Assembly (NCBI GenBank): GCA_964016885.1
Contig: OZ024749.1
Span: 11,160,001 to 11,224,000, forward strand
From: Eledone cirrhosa
Taxonomy: Eukaryota
Length of the DNA stretch: 64,000 nucleotides
Direction of reading: 5' to 3'
Within the stretch, counting starts at the first letter, position 1. Every line of letters starts with the position of its first letter. The notes beneath the pieces are model-generated. The model made no database searches. It was not told the DNA's origin and saw only the letters and a list, made by a program, of their open reading frames with translations. The position numbers and the translations under genes were made by a program. Below, in pieces: positions 1-12,483 of this stretch.

Positions 1-250
1 GACTTATACATAAGACATTGGTCAACTCATGTCTATAGTAAAAGACACTTGACCAAAGTACAACATAGAGAGACTTATACATAAGACATTGGTCAACTCA
101 TGACTATAGTAGAAGACACTTGACCAAAGTACAACATAGAGAGACTTACACCTAAGACATTGGTCAACAACCAAAGACCCGCCCTCACTGTAGTACTGAA
201 CTTGAAAACAAGTGGTTGTGGAACAAACTTCTTAACCAAACAGCCATGCT
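1..250 (-). repeat. 71-bp tandem repeat (~2.4 copies) built from the body of a tRNA-derived SINE whose head is at ~180-250
   Basis: gacttatacataagacattgg recurs at 1, 72 and 143; minus strand catggctg..tggttaagaag..agttcagt resembles A/B boxes. Confidence 0.6.
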
Positions 251-624
251 TCTACACCTACATATACATACATAATAACTGATTCTCGGTTTCAAAAATT
301 GCCTCCCTTAGCCTTTTTCCCATAGATAGGTGGCTCAAACATGATTTAGATTCCCTTGCTCCCGCAACACACATAAAAGTCATTAAAATCAAGTGGTGTC
401 TGTACTTGAAGTATTTTGAAGTGAAGAAAGGCCTTGCACTGGACCAATCCCACTCCCTGAACAACGGTGAGTGACAGTTATCCAGAAAGAAGAACAGGTC
501 AACATCATACACACGCATATATAGACACGTACATACGTATTTTACATACACACACATATATATATGTATGTGTATGTATATGTATGTATGTGTGTGTGTG
601 TGTGTATATATTTATATATATAAT

Positions 625-968
625 GGAGGCACATGGCTTATTGGTTAGAGCATTGGCCTTGCAATCGAAAGGTTGTGAGTTCAATTCTCAGACCGGGTGA
701 TGTGTTGTTTCCTTGAGCAAGTCACTTTATTTCACATTGCTCCAGATTACTCAGCTGTAGAAATGAGATGATAGGGACTGGGGTCCATATCATTCCACTG
801 CAAAGTGGTCATGCAGGTGCCACGGCAAAAAAGCACCCAGCACTCACTGTAAATGAGGTTGGTGTTAGGAAGGGCATCCAGCTGTAGAAATCAAGCCAGA
901 ATTTGTTCCCGTCCCACCCTTGCAAGCAGGGAAAAGCGGACGTAAAATGATGATGATGATGATGATGA
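625..968 (+). mobile_element. tRNA-derived SINE with RTE-LINE 3' tail and (GAT)n end
   Basis: A box tggcttattgg, B box gagttcaattc; tail (ttggtgttaggaagggcatccagctgtagaaa...gatgatgat) shared with the RTE copies at 11.6 and 13.7 kb. Confidence 0.85.
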
Positions 969-1162
969 TATATACTCACATACATGCTGGTGCCACAATA
1001 AAAAGCAAGCAGTCTACCCTGTGAGGTGATAGTGACGGGGGGTTTGCTGGTGGTGGTAGTGTTTTCATAGTTGTGATAATGATGGTTGTGATGATGACAA
1101 TGATGGTGGTAGTGGTGTTGATGATGATGCTTATATTTATTTCTCTGTTATCTTTTTGTTAG

Positions 1163-1312
1163 TTGGTAGATGATCCTATATTCATCCCAATTTCCCAACT
1201 TGAAAGAGACAAAGATGGAAACCCACCAGAGTTTGGAATTATTGAACAAGAAATGAAAGCTGGATTAACAGGACAGATCAGGGTTAATGAATCCAAACAT
1301 GGTGACGCTAGA
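1163..1312 (+). CDS. dCache gene exon (LVDDPIFIPISQLE...HGDAR)
   Basis: Pyrimidine tract + AG at 1161-62, GTAAGT at 1313, 50 open codons. Confidence 0.75.
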
Positions 1313-1662
1313 GTAAGTGGAAGGTTACATTGTATATATATATCCTAATTTTTAATTTTTGCTGGACCGGCAATCGCTCTGTATAATCAGTTCCTGATTA
1401 TCACTGGAATTCTATAAGAATCCAGCCTCTATAATTTTCGGCAGAGGCGGGGAGTACATTGCTCTGAGGATCGCCAACAGCGTGAAACAGAATCTGTCAG
1501 CTTCTCTCCCTTCTTTTGCCGAAAAAAGAAGTGACATAGTCACTACTTTAAAAATGATAGCGCAAGGTCTTCAAAATCTTTTTAATTAAACATACGGTAT
1601 ATTGCCAAATATCCTATACATACATTCATGTATACATCGCTATTTCAGAGCACCAATCCTAA

Positions 1663-1726
<64 letters not shown>

Positions 1727-2924
1727 ATAGCTTTCACCGTATTTTTGACTAAAGGAATTTTAGCCTGATAATAGGGTTTAGAACCCTCAGATAAATGGAA
1801 AAAGATGAGTATTGACGTACGTCAATACTCATCTTTTTCCATTTATCTGAAGGTTCTAAACCCCGTTATCAGGCTAAAATTCCTTTAGTCAAAAATACGG
1901 TGAAAGCTATATATTTTCTAATTTCAAACCTGCTCACTGTTTCAAAACATACTTACTTGATATATATATATATACTGTCGTACAAATTTGGTAGAAAAAT
2001 CCAAGGGTAAGAGCACTCAGTCCATCGGACGAGTTAAGTATAATTAGTCACAACAGTGACATATACAGGTACTTAAGTTTGGTTGATTTATTCACCCCCA
2101 ACTAATTTACACTATCCCTATGGAGGTTTTTGAAAGTATAAGAGAGTTCTAATGGTAGTTAAGGTGAGTATTTAAGCAGTGTGTCTCTAAACTGGCTTCA
2201 GGGAAATGCTACTTAAATACTTGCCTTAATTGCTTTAGTTGCTGTCCTCATGAAGCAAAATTCATTCTGAAAAATGGTATAGACTGGATTAACTGAATTT
2301 ATTTTTCTTTGACTTTTCAACTTTACACTTGGTCTCCTTGTATAATACAAGTTGCCTCCCTTTTCTTTCTTTTTCTAGTTACCTCCCTTTGCATTATTCA
2401 AGGGATTTGTCTATGTATAGCTAATTTCAGGATTATGTACCATTATAGCTCTTCTATACATTCTAAAACCTCCATGGGGATAACCATCTTTATTTATATA
2501 ACAGGCTGAAAGAGTTGGAGTGAATAACCCAACAAAACTTAAGTATGGCACTGTTGTAGTTAATTATATATATATTTGATGTTTATATGTTGAAGATCTC
2601 AGCAACAAAGATGACAATGGTGGTAGTGATGGATCCTGTGTCAGTTGGTCCCACGGTACCTGTCTAAGATTGTCAGTGAGATTTAAATACTGCCACCATA
2701 ACACATTTGTTGTACATGTTTGATATTTTCTATAAAAAATACACAAATATCCCTAACCTTAACCTTAGCTCATACTCTAACTCTAATCCTGCCCTTACCC
2801 CTAAATCTAACTCTATCCTTAACCCTAACCCTAACTCTAACCCTAACCCTAACCCTAACCCTAACCTTAACCCTAACTCTAACCTTAACAATAGACTGTA
2901 ACTCTGTTTTTTTTTCTTTTACTC

Positions 2925-2984
<60 letters not shown>

Positions 2985-5900
2985 TCTCTCTCTCTCTCTC
3001 TCATTATCTCTCTCTCTCTCTTTCTACAGACGTACTACTATGGAGCTTTAAATGAGTCAGAATACTCCTTCGCATACATCTTGGCTGATACAGACATGGT
3101 AAGTATTATTATGACAACTCATCTAATTCAGCTTCAATTGCTAGTTTAAAGACGTCTCTAGTTACCAGGCCTATAGATGTCTATAGCAGTAATATACCTG
3201 GGGTACTTGGTCATCCTGGCCAGTGGTCTCACACCCCTTTTCCCAACATCATGTGACTGAGGTCATTGGTCAGTAGATTGGTTCACAAAGATTACTCATC
3301 TACCACACTGCTTCCTGTGGCTTCACCTTTGACCCTAGACTGGGTGACTGCCAGATGCTATGCCTTGCAAATGAGCAGCCATTGTTTGGTCCAGGCCAGC
3401 TTATTACCAAAATCACTGCTAACCCTTATATCTTGGGGTTGTTCCACTGTCTGCCACCTGGGCACTCACTGGTTAGAGCCCTTCCTTTCTCCTCATCTTA
3501 CTATCTGAACATTAGACTTTGTTAAAGTTGTTTAACCCCAGTTCAGCACTGGGTGAGCAAAGCTTTGAGCAATGTTATTCCATTTGTGACTGACCATTCT
3601 CTCTTATTTTCTGGCAGTTTATGAAAGAAAGACTACATTGTAAAATGTGGTGTTCTTTATTTTTAGATAGAAGACTAAAATTTAAAGTAGATTTTAGATA
3701 GAAGAATAAAATTTAAAGTAGATTTTTAGATAGAAGACTAAAATTTAAAGTAGATTTTAGATGGTAGAGTAAAATTTAAAATAGATTTTGGCTGTTATTT
3801 CTAACAAATCCACTAAGTAGAAGTTCTCTCATTGGTTTGACTAATGGTGGCAATTAGTACCAGAAAAACTGTTGATGTTTGGTATTGGTAACTCTAATAA
3901 TGGTTTCTGATTTAGGCACAAGGCCAACAATTTTTGGGGTAGGGTAAAGTTAGATAAATCGACCCCAGTGCATTACTGGTAGTTTATTTTATCAATCCCA
4001 TAAGGATGAAAGGCAAAGCTAACTTTGGAGGGATTTCAACTTAGAAGGTAAAGGTTCAAAACTCTATGCTGCAAAGCATGTTGTTCAATGTTCTAACAAT
4101 ACTGCTATCGTTATTTGTATGACTAATAATTGTTTCTACTTTTGGCACAAGGACAGCAATTACCCCAGTGCATTACTGGTACTTTATTTTATCGACCCCG
4201 TAAGGATGAAAGGCAAAGTTAACCTTAGCGGGATTTGAACTCAGATCGTAAAGGGACGTAACTATGCTGGAAAGCATGGCGTCCGACCCTCTACCGATAC
4301 TGCCAATTCACTGCCAGTAATACACTGGGTAATTGCTGGCCTTGTGCCAAAAGTAGAAACAATTTGTATGACTAATAATGATGGTTGCTATCATTATCAG
4401 TTGTTGTTTTTTATAATGTTGTTTTCTGTCTCCATTTAACAGATCTTCCGAAGATCACAGGAGCCAAGCGATCGCTCCAAGTATGGTAAAAGTTACTACA
4501 ACTTACTCATCGAATACCATAGTGAGTTGTCTCGCAAAGAACTGCCTGGTGTATGGGAACACTTAAATGTCACAGAGAATGCTCCAAGATATCCTGGTCT
4601 TCGAATTTCATATAAATTTTCCACTATTTTTTTACCTCCAATGGCCCATTGCGATCCGACTCAGTATATCTATGATGACAATCTGAGTCAGAAAACAATT
4701 GATGCACATAAGTGGATAAACAGTTATGAAGCCGATCTTGGCTGTGAATCTATGAATCAGAAATTTGAAAAAGGCGTACGGTAAGAAGGAGTGTTTTTTC
4801 TGTTAATCCTTTCATTGTTGTTGTGGTTGTTGTTGTTATAGTTCACATTTATGTAGGTTTGCCTACGAGATTACATCCCATGGGAAGTTTCTCGGGTGTT
4901 TTAATGTTAGAGGCCCCATTATTATAAACCTTTCTTACCTTATTTCTTATGAAAACACAACCTATGTTTTTTAACTCATATTGAAAATAATCAAGAATTT
5001 AGAGGGGTTTAATAATATAACTAAATTTCTCATTATTAATGTGGTGTTTGGAGCATAACTTAATAAAGGTTCTTAGATGAAATTATGATGCAAGTGTTTT
5101 AGATAATTATTATTGACTCTTCTCACTTATAGTATAGAGGATCAGTTTCCTTCAGTTATGTCATTGGATATATGGTGGAGGGTGGAGCTATAGGGCTTTG
5201 TTGAGTCTGTCCTGTTTCTTCATCTCAACGATATCTCTCCTCGCCAACTCAAAGTATGCCATGCCCATTTTCACCTTCTTCCACAAAGCTCCCTGTCCTG
5301 CGCATCAGATTCTCAGTTGTTGTGGTCCAGGTTGCAGCTTTTATGTGTTTACTTAAGTTGGTCTTTGTAGCACCTCTTTGGTGCTGGCCTGTATTGTTTA
5401 AGGTGGTCCACAATTCACCTCCTGTGTCACTTACGTAAGCTTGCCTGTGGCCTCACAGAGGAGGACAGACAGGCTGGGGTAGTAGGATGCAATGAGCTGC
5501 CAGCACAAGTGGTATATCTACGAATGCCTGCTCATCAGGCACTTGGATGAGTCTAGGACTTATTTAAGGTGGCCCTTTCTTGCTTGTCACAGGTCCACAT
5601 CAGCTCCTGGTGCATTTTTTAGACTTAGTGATGTCACCTGCTCATCACTGAATCAAGCTGCCTTATGGTCCTGCCACTGAATGGTCTGGAACTGCTCATT
5701 CTCCAGGCATTTCTGCCTGCTTATTTTGCAGCTAACCACTATATCTAGTGGCCAGTCTTAATCTGCCACCTGAGACCCACTTTTTAGCGAACAGCTAAGC
5801 CAAGAGAGATAAATATAAACACTTTAAAACAAACAGTTTTTGTATCACAAGACCAAGGATGGTTTCAGGTGGTTTGTTATCAATTAGCTCCAAATATGGT

Positions 5901-8900
5901 AATGGTTAAGAAGTTCACCTCACAATATCAACATTACGACATACACAGTATTTGAATTGATTGATAAGAGAATTTGAAAGGATTTACTAAATTTATTAAT
6001 TATTTCATCATGTGTAACAATTTGTGACTAACACTCAGATGGACAGTGACTGCTTGCGCATTGGAGTTTCCCTGAGGCTCGGCTTCCGGGCTGTCAGCTT
6101 CACAAATGCTGCTGCGGTACCACTGTGAATCCTTTCAGTCTCCACCCACCGTCATTTTGTTACAGTGCTGGCTGCCTCCCATGCCATGCTGCTCTCAATG
6201 AAATCAGGGCTTCGATGGTGCAGGCTTCCCTTCCCTTCCCAACCCAAACCAGTGGGGATGGCAAATGGCTAGGTGGCATGACAATTTCCCCTTCTGCAGG
6301 GGTAGGGCTCTTCATCTGGGGTGTTACATGCTGTGACACCTTTTCTAGTGGAAACCTGGTGTGTTCTGCTGCCTGCCAAGACCAAAAAGGTCAAACTGTC
6401 CAAGTATCAGTCGCTCTCTGATAGGTTTGTGGTGGAGCCTGTAGCTGTGGAGACTTCTGGTGTTCTTCCCCCTTCTTGGACCACATCCCTACTCACTGTT
6501 ATTGATGCAAAGTTGGCTGCTCGCAAGTGTGAGGTGGAGTGACTGTTCCAGTGGATTTCCCTGACCATCCTCCTGGGCAATGTATTCTCCATCCTGTTGG
6601 CCAGGACCAAGAGGGGGAGGGCAAGTTTGTTTGAGGTGGTGGATACTCATTTGGATGTCACACATATATACACTTATTCAGTACAATATTTTACATTTTT
6701 TTAAATTTATTTACTTAACAAAAAGTTCTTATATAACATGTTGAAAAATGTTAATTTAAATAGGAACCCTTTAAAATTCGAGACTTTGTTTGATAAACCC
6801 AGAGGCAATATGGTGCAGACAGGCTGGTATCAAAGATGTTGCCTATGTAATTCACAATTCTTCATATAAAAGTATGTATTTGTGGAGCCATAAATCCTGG
6901 TGGAGTTGTAGAGGCACTATAGTGACATATAATGTTTCTTGGCCATTTTAACCCTTTAGCTTTCACATTACTCTATATTTACTATTATATTTTCATGGTA
7001 AAGGCTTTACCTCACATAATTATCTCACATAATATCGAATCTATAAGATTTTGAAAGTATTTATTTTGAGAAAAATACCTTAACATCAGTTTGAGTGACC
7101 AGTTACAGCCAGTTTCAACAGAAAAAGGTAGAGAATTCTGGCCAGTTTTGGCCGGTTTGAACATTAAAGGGTTAAACCTTGTGGAGTCCATTCCCTCTCT
7201 AGGTCTGAACACAGCTAATTTCTTCCAGAGACACTAAGAGAGGGTGATAGAGGAAGTGGGAAAGAGATTAGAGGAATAATCGGACTGAGACTTTTTTTTA
7301 CTGACCTTGAAAGGATGAAAGGCAAAGTTGTTCTTGGTGGGATTTGAACTCAGAACACAGAGAACTGGAATACATACCACAAAGCATTCTATCTAATGTT
7401 CTAATGACTCTGCCACTTCACCACCTTTTTAAATGGGAACTCTTTAAAATGAAAGGGCTTATTTGATAAAAGCAGAGGTGATTTGGGGCAAGTTGGCGTC
7501 AGAAGTGTTGACTACTTTTTTCACAAAGCTTCATATAAAAGTATAGATATATATTTGCTGGTCTTTTAGAGCTGATGTGCTGATTACTGAACCAATTGAA
7601 GAAATTTGGAAAAATCGAGCTTTTGAATCTTTAAGTCAAGTAAAATGGACAAATATTGGCCTACGGAGTGGAGTGTTTCGAACCTATCCTGGTCATCGGT
7701 CAACCAGAAAATATAACCCCGTCAAGTATGTATCATTGGTGTCATCATTATGAGGGTCAGCGTCATCATAGTCATCATCATCATTATCATCATCACCATC
7801 ATCACCATCACTTTCATCATCATCATTACCATCATCATCATCATCACCATCACCATACCCATCGTCAACATCACCATCATCATCACCATCAACACAATCA
7901 TTACCATCACCACCATTTCCATCTCTACCATCATCACCATCATAATCATCATCACCACCATCATTATCATCATCACCACCATCATCACCATCACTATCAC
8001 CATCTCCACCATCACCACCATCACCATCATTATCATCATCACCACCATCACTATCACCATCTCCACCATCACTACCATCACCATCATTATCATCACCATC
8101 TCCACCATCACTATCACCATCACCACCATTATCATCATCACCACCATCATCACCATCACCATCTCCATCATCATTATCATCATCACTGCAATCATCACCA
8201 GCATCATCACTATCTCCATTACTACCATCATCATCACCATCTCCATCACCATCATTATCATCACCATCACCATTATCACCATCACCACCATCATCATTAT
8301 CATCATTATCATCACCACCTCCATCATCACCACCATTACTACCATCACCATCACTATCACCATCACTATCATCATCACCACCATCATCATTATCATCACC
8401 ATCACCACCATCACCACCTCCATCATCACTATTACTACCATCATCATCACCACCATCATCACCATCACTATCACCATCACCACCACCATTACTACCATCA
8501 CCATCATCATTATCACCACCATCATCATTATCATCACCACCATCATCATCACCATCACTATCACCATCACCGCCATCACCATCACCATCATCACCACCAT
8601 TACTACCATCACCATCACTATCATCATTAGTGTAACAAATCAACGTAATGTTGTTGTTTCCTTCCAGACGTCCCTGGTACAAGCGTACCAGCTCTGCACC
8701 ACACAAGACATCCATCTCCACACCATATATGGATGCTGCAGGAGTTGGAAAAATTGTCACAATTTCGCAAGCTGTGTTTGAGGGAATGACACCACGAACA
8801 ACGGAGGAATGTGTACAGATGAAAGGACCAAAACCTGGAGGTTGCACATGCAATTTTGATGAAGACTGTCTTAGTAGTAAGGTTTTTTTCTATGATTTGA

Positions 8901-8936
8901 TCACATTTTTAGTGGAGCATTGTGTGTGCACGTATT

Positions 8937-8972
<36 letters not shown>

Positions 8973-9656
8973 CTTGTTTTAATATAGAAGAGCTTCTACA
9001 GGACTAGAACTGTTTCATGTCCTGTAGAAGCTGTTCTATATTAAAACATTTATACTCTGCTATGTATTGAGTACCTTACTTACTGTGGTTACTTCCGATT
9101 CAACCCGGAATAACTTATATATATATAAATATAAATATAAGTTCAGTGAGAATCGCATTTCGGCGGGTAGAAAAAGTGAAACATAATGCAAATTCCGAGT
9201 CATGCTGGCAAGACTGGAGCAATAAACATAGGTTATAAAGGCCATACAAACTTAGAAGGCAGTCAAGACTATATAGAGCACCTAAGCCAAAAAACAAGTC
9301 AAGCAAAACAGGTCAGACAAAATAAATGACATAATCATATATATATATAATACATATACATATAACATATATAACATATACATATATATATACCATATAT
9401 ATATATATAACATATATAACATTAATATATATATATATACATATACATATATATATAATATATAGGCAACACGGTAAAAACCTCCCAGCCCCACACTGTA
9501 AATGTGGTTGGTGTTAGGAAGGGCATCCAGCTGTAGAAAACCCGCCAGACAGTCCTATGCCAGCAAGACAACCACTCTTGCCTCAAGTGGGAAAACTCCC
9601 GTCCAAACCCATGCAAGCGTGGAACAGGGACGCTAAACGATGATGATGATGATGAT

Positions 9657-9705
<49 letters not shown>

Positions 9706-10527
9706 CGAAGGAAGTGTGGTAAGGAACCAGATGGACCATAACGCATCAGAGTACTCAGTTTAACTCTGACGGCAGAGCTCAAGCCGTTTCAATGGCTATT
9801 TCTGGACTCATTGCGAGTCCAGAAATAGCTGACGAAACGGCTTGAGCTCTGCCGTAGGGGTTAAACATTTTCCTATATATATATATATATATATGTAGGA
9901 GGTGAGTTTTATTGTAGTACAATAAAGCAATGCAGATATCGGATAAGAAGCACTCTACAGTTTGTGGGACTGGAGTATGCATAATATAAGATCAAAAGAT
10001 GGTTAAAGGAGTTCCATATATTTTATTATGCGCATTTCAAAAACAAACATCATCAAACAATAATATATATGTTGATTTAAAACTGCACTATCAACAAGTG
10101 TTTTTTAGCCTTCATATCATGTTCTCCTGTTTTATCTGATGAAAACACAAATATTATTGTTTGATGATGTTTGTTTTTGAAATGCGCATAATAAAATATA
10201 TGGAACTCCTTTAACCATCTTTTGATCTTATATTATATATAATATATTATAAAGTAAAATGACAGGAGACCAGGCAGGTTGAATTTCCTTCATTATTTAT
10301 TTCTGCAGACACTATGCACATTTCAGTGGCCAGGTTGTGTAAGAACCCGGTGACATCTTCAGGTGTATATTGCGTAATAGATTTATACCAACGGAACGAT
10401 GGTAAACACATTCCAAGAGGCTTTAAGCAAAAAAGTAAAGAAAAAACAGAGAAGAAAAAAAAGTGTATTTTTGTTTTTGACTGAGAGACAATCGTAGCAG
10501 CATGGTGTTATGCCCCGTTGTCTCTGA

Positions 10528-10605
<78 letters not shown>

Positions 10606-12433
10606 CCTGGCTAAGACTAAAGTTCTAGTTTGTAGGAAAGAAAATAAGGCGCCGGTCCCTTCCGGGAAATGGCCATGCTCAGTGTGTAGGAAAGGCGTAG
10701 GTAGAAACTCCATTTTATGTCCCAAATGCAAAGTATGGGTGCATAAAAGATGTAGTGGGATCACAGGTAAGCTAACTAAGAACATAGATTTTACATGTGG
10801 CCGGTGCTCTGGTGCAATAAGTAGCAGCAAGTGCCCACAAAATACTAGCTCTTTCAATTGCGCAGAGGGTTCTATAGAAATAGTGGACAGCTTCCATTAC
10901 CTGGGTGACAAAATCAGCAGTGGGGGAGGGTGCTCTGAAAGTACAGTAGCTAGAGTCAGAACTGGATGGAAAAAGTTCAGAGAGCTTATACCACTATTAG
11001 CCGCTAAAGGGTTCTCCCTAAAAATGAAAGGCAGGCTGTATGATGCCTGCATACGAACAGCAATGTTGCATGGCAGTGAGACCTGGGCATTGTGTGCAGA
11101 GGATATACGCAGACTAGAGAGGAACGAAGCTTGCATGCTCCGCTGGATGTGCAATAGTAATATACGTGAACGGCAAAGCATAAGCGAACTAAGGAAAAAA
11201 TTAGAAATAAGAGGGATCAGATGTTGTTTACTCGAGAGAAGGCTACGTTGGTATGGTCACGTGATGCGCATGAACGACGATAGCTGTATAACAAAGTGCA
11301 GGGCAATAAAGATAGACGGTAGCTACGGAGTAGGCAGACCCAGAAACCTGGGACGAGCTGATAAATTCCGACCTCACACACTTACACCTCACCAAGACAA
11401 TGTCACTGGACCGAGACCTTTGGCGGTACTCAGTAATAGAGAAGACCCGCCTTACCTAAATACAAAGTAAAACCTACTACAGTCCGTAGGCATCTCTAAC
11501 AAAATACACCCCCGTCCCACCACCCCCACCCCATCCACAACATCCAGCCTGAAACAAATGAGGTCGTGTAGGTGTCATGACAAAAAAACGCAGTCCACGC
11601 TGTAATGTGGCCGTGTAGGTAACACGGTAAAAACCTCCCAGCCCCACACTGTAAATGTGGTTGGTGTTAGGAAGGGCATCCAGCTGTAGAAAACCCGCCA
11701 GACAGTCCTATGCGAGCAAGACAATCACTCTTGCCTCAAGTGGGAAAATTCCCGTCCAAACCCATGCAAGCGTGGAACACGGACGTTAAACGATGATGAT
11801 GATGATGATATATATATATATACTTTTAGTTAGGTACATTTCCTGTAACTGTCTCTAAGGAAGAGAACATCTGTGGTCCTTTTGCCTGGTACAAATCTGA
11901 ACTGCATCTCAGCTGTGCTATAACTCTGTAGCTCCCCCCACCCCCTTGCGGGGGACATCAGAACTAAAATAAGAGTTGCGTCTCTTTGTGACGGTAGTGA
12001 CCCCCTGGTGTCACCTACAGGAGGTAAAAGGAGTTACGTCCTCTTGGCCACTATAAGTAAGAGGCTGAAAGACCAACTCTCTCTCTTTGACGCTTCGCAG
12101 CAGACTCGTTAACAACACGCCAGAATGCAGAGCACATCCTCAACTCACCAACAGCCTAAGGAGACTCCAACCTCCTCACTATGAATGGTAAAATATATGT
12201 ACGTTTCATTATTCACTTCTATGAAGTAAACCAGTATAAACACACACTGCTATTCTTATTTATGTACAATTGTAACACAAATATGTTTACTAATACCAAC
12301 CATTCTAAAACTCTTTTTTCAGTTACTTTCAAGACCTGGTCCATCAGCTTAGTACCTCTATATTTTCCTCTATCAAGTTCATCTCCTTTACCCTTGTAGC
12401 AACTGACTATGATGTTGCTGCACCAATCATTTG

Positions 12434-12483
<50 letters not shown>

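Noticed and set aside
2750-2890. True telomere or chromosome fusion site
   Set aside because: Short, degenerate, single orientation and inside an intron.
7656-8853. Poly-His, poly-Asp/Gly, poly-Met/Val and poly-Ile/Thr ORFs of 300-386 aa
   Set aside because: These are translations of an intronic CAT/CAC array that rarely forms stops; the host exon frame hits TGA shortly after the donor.
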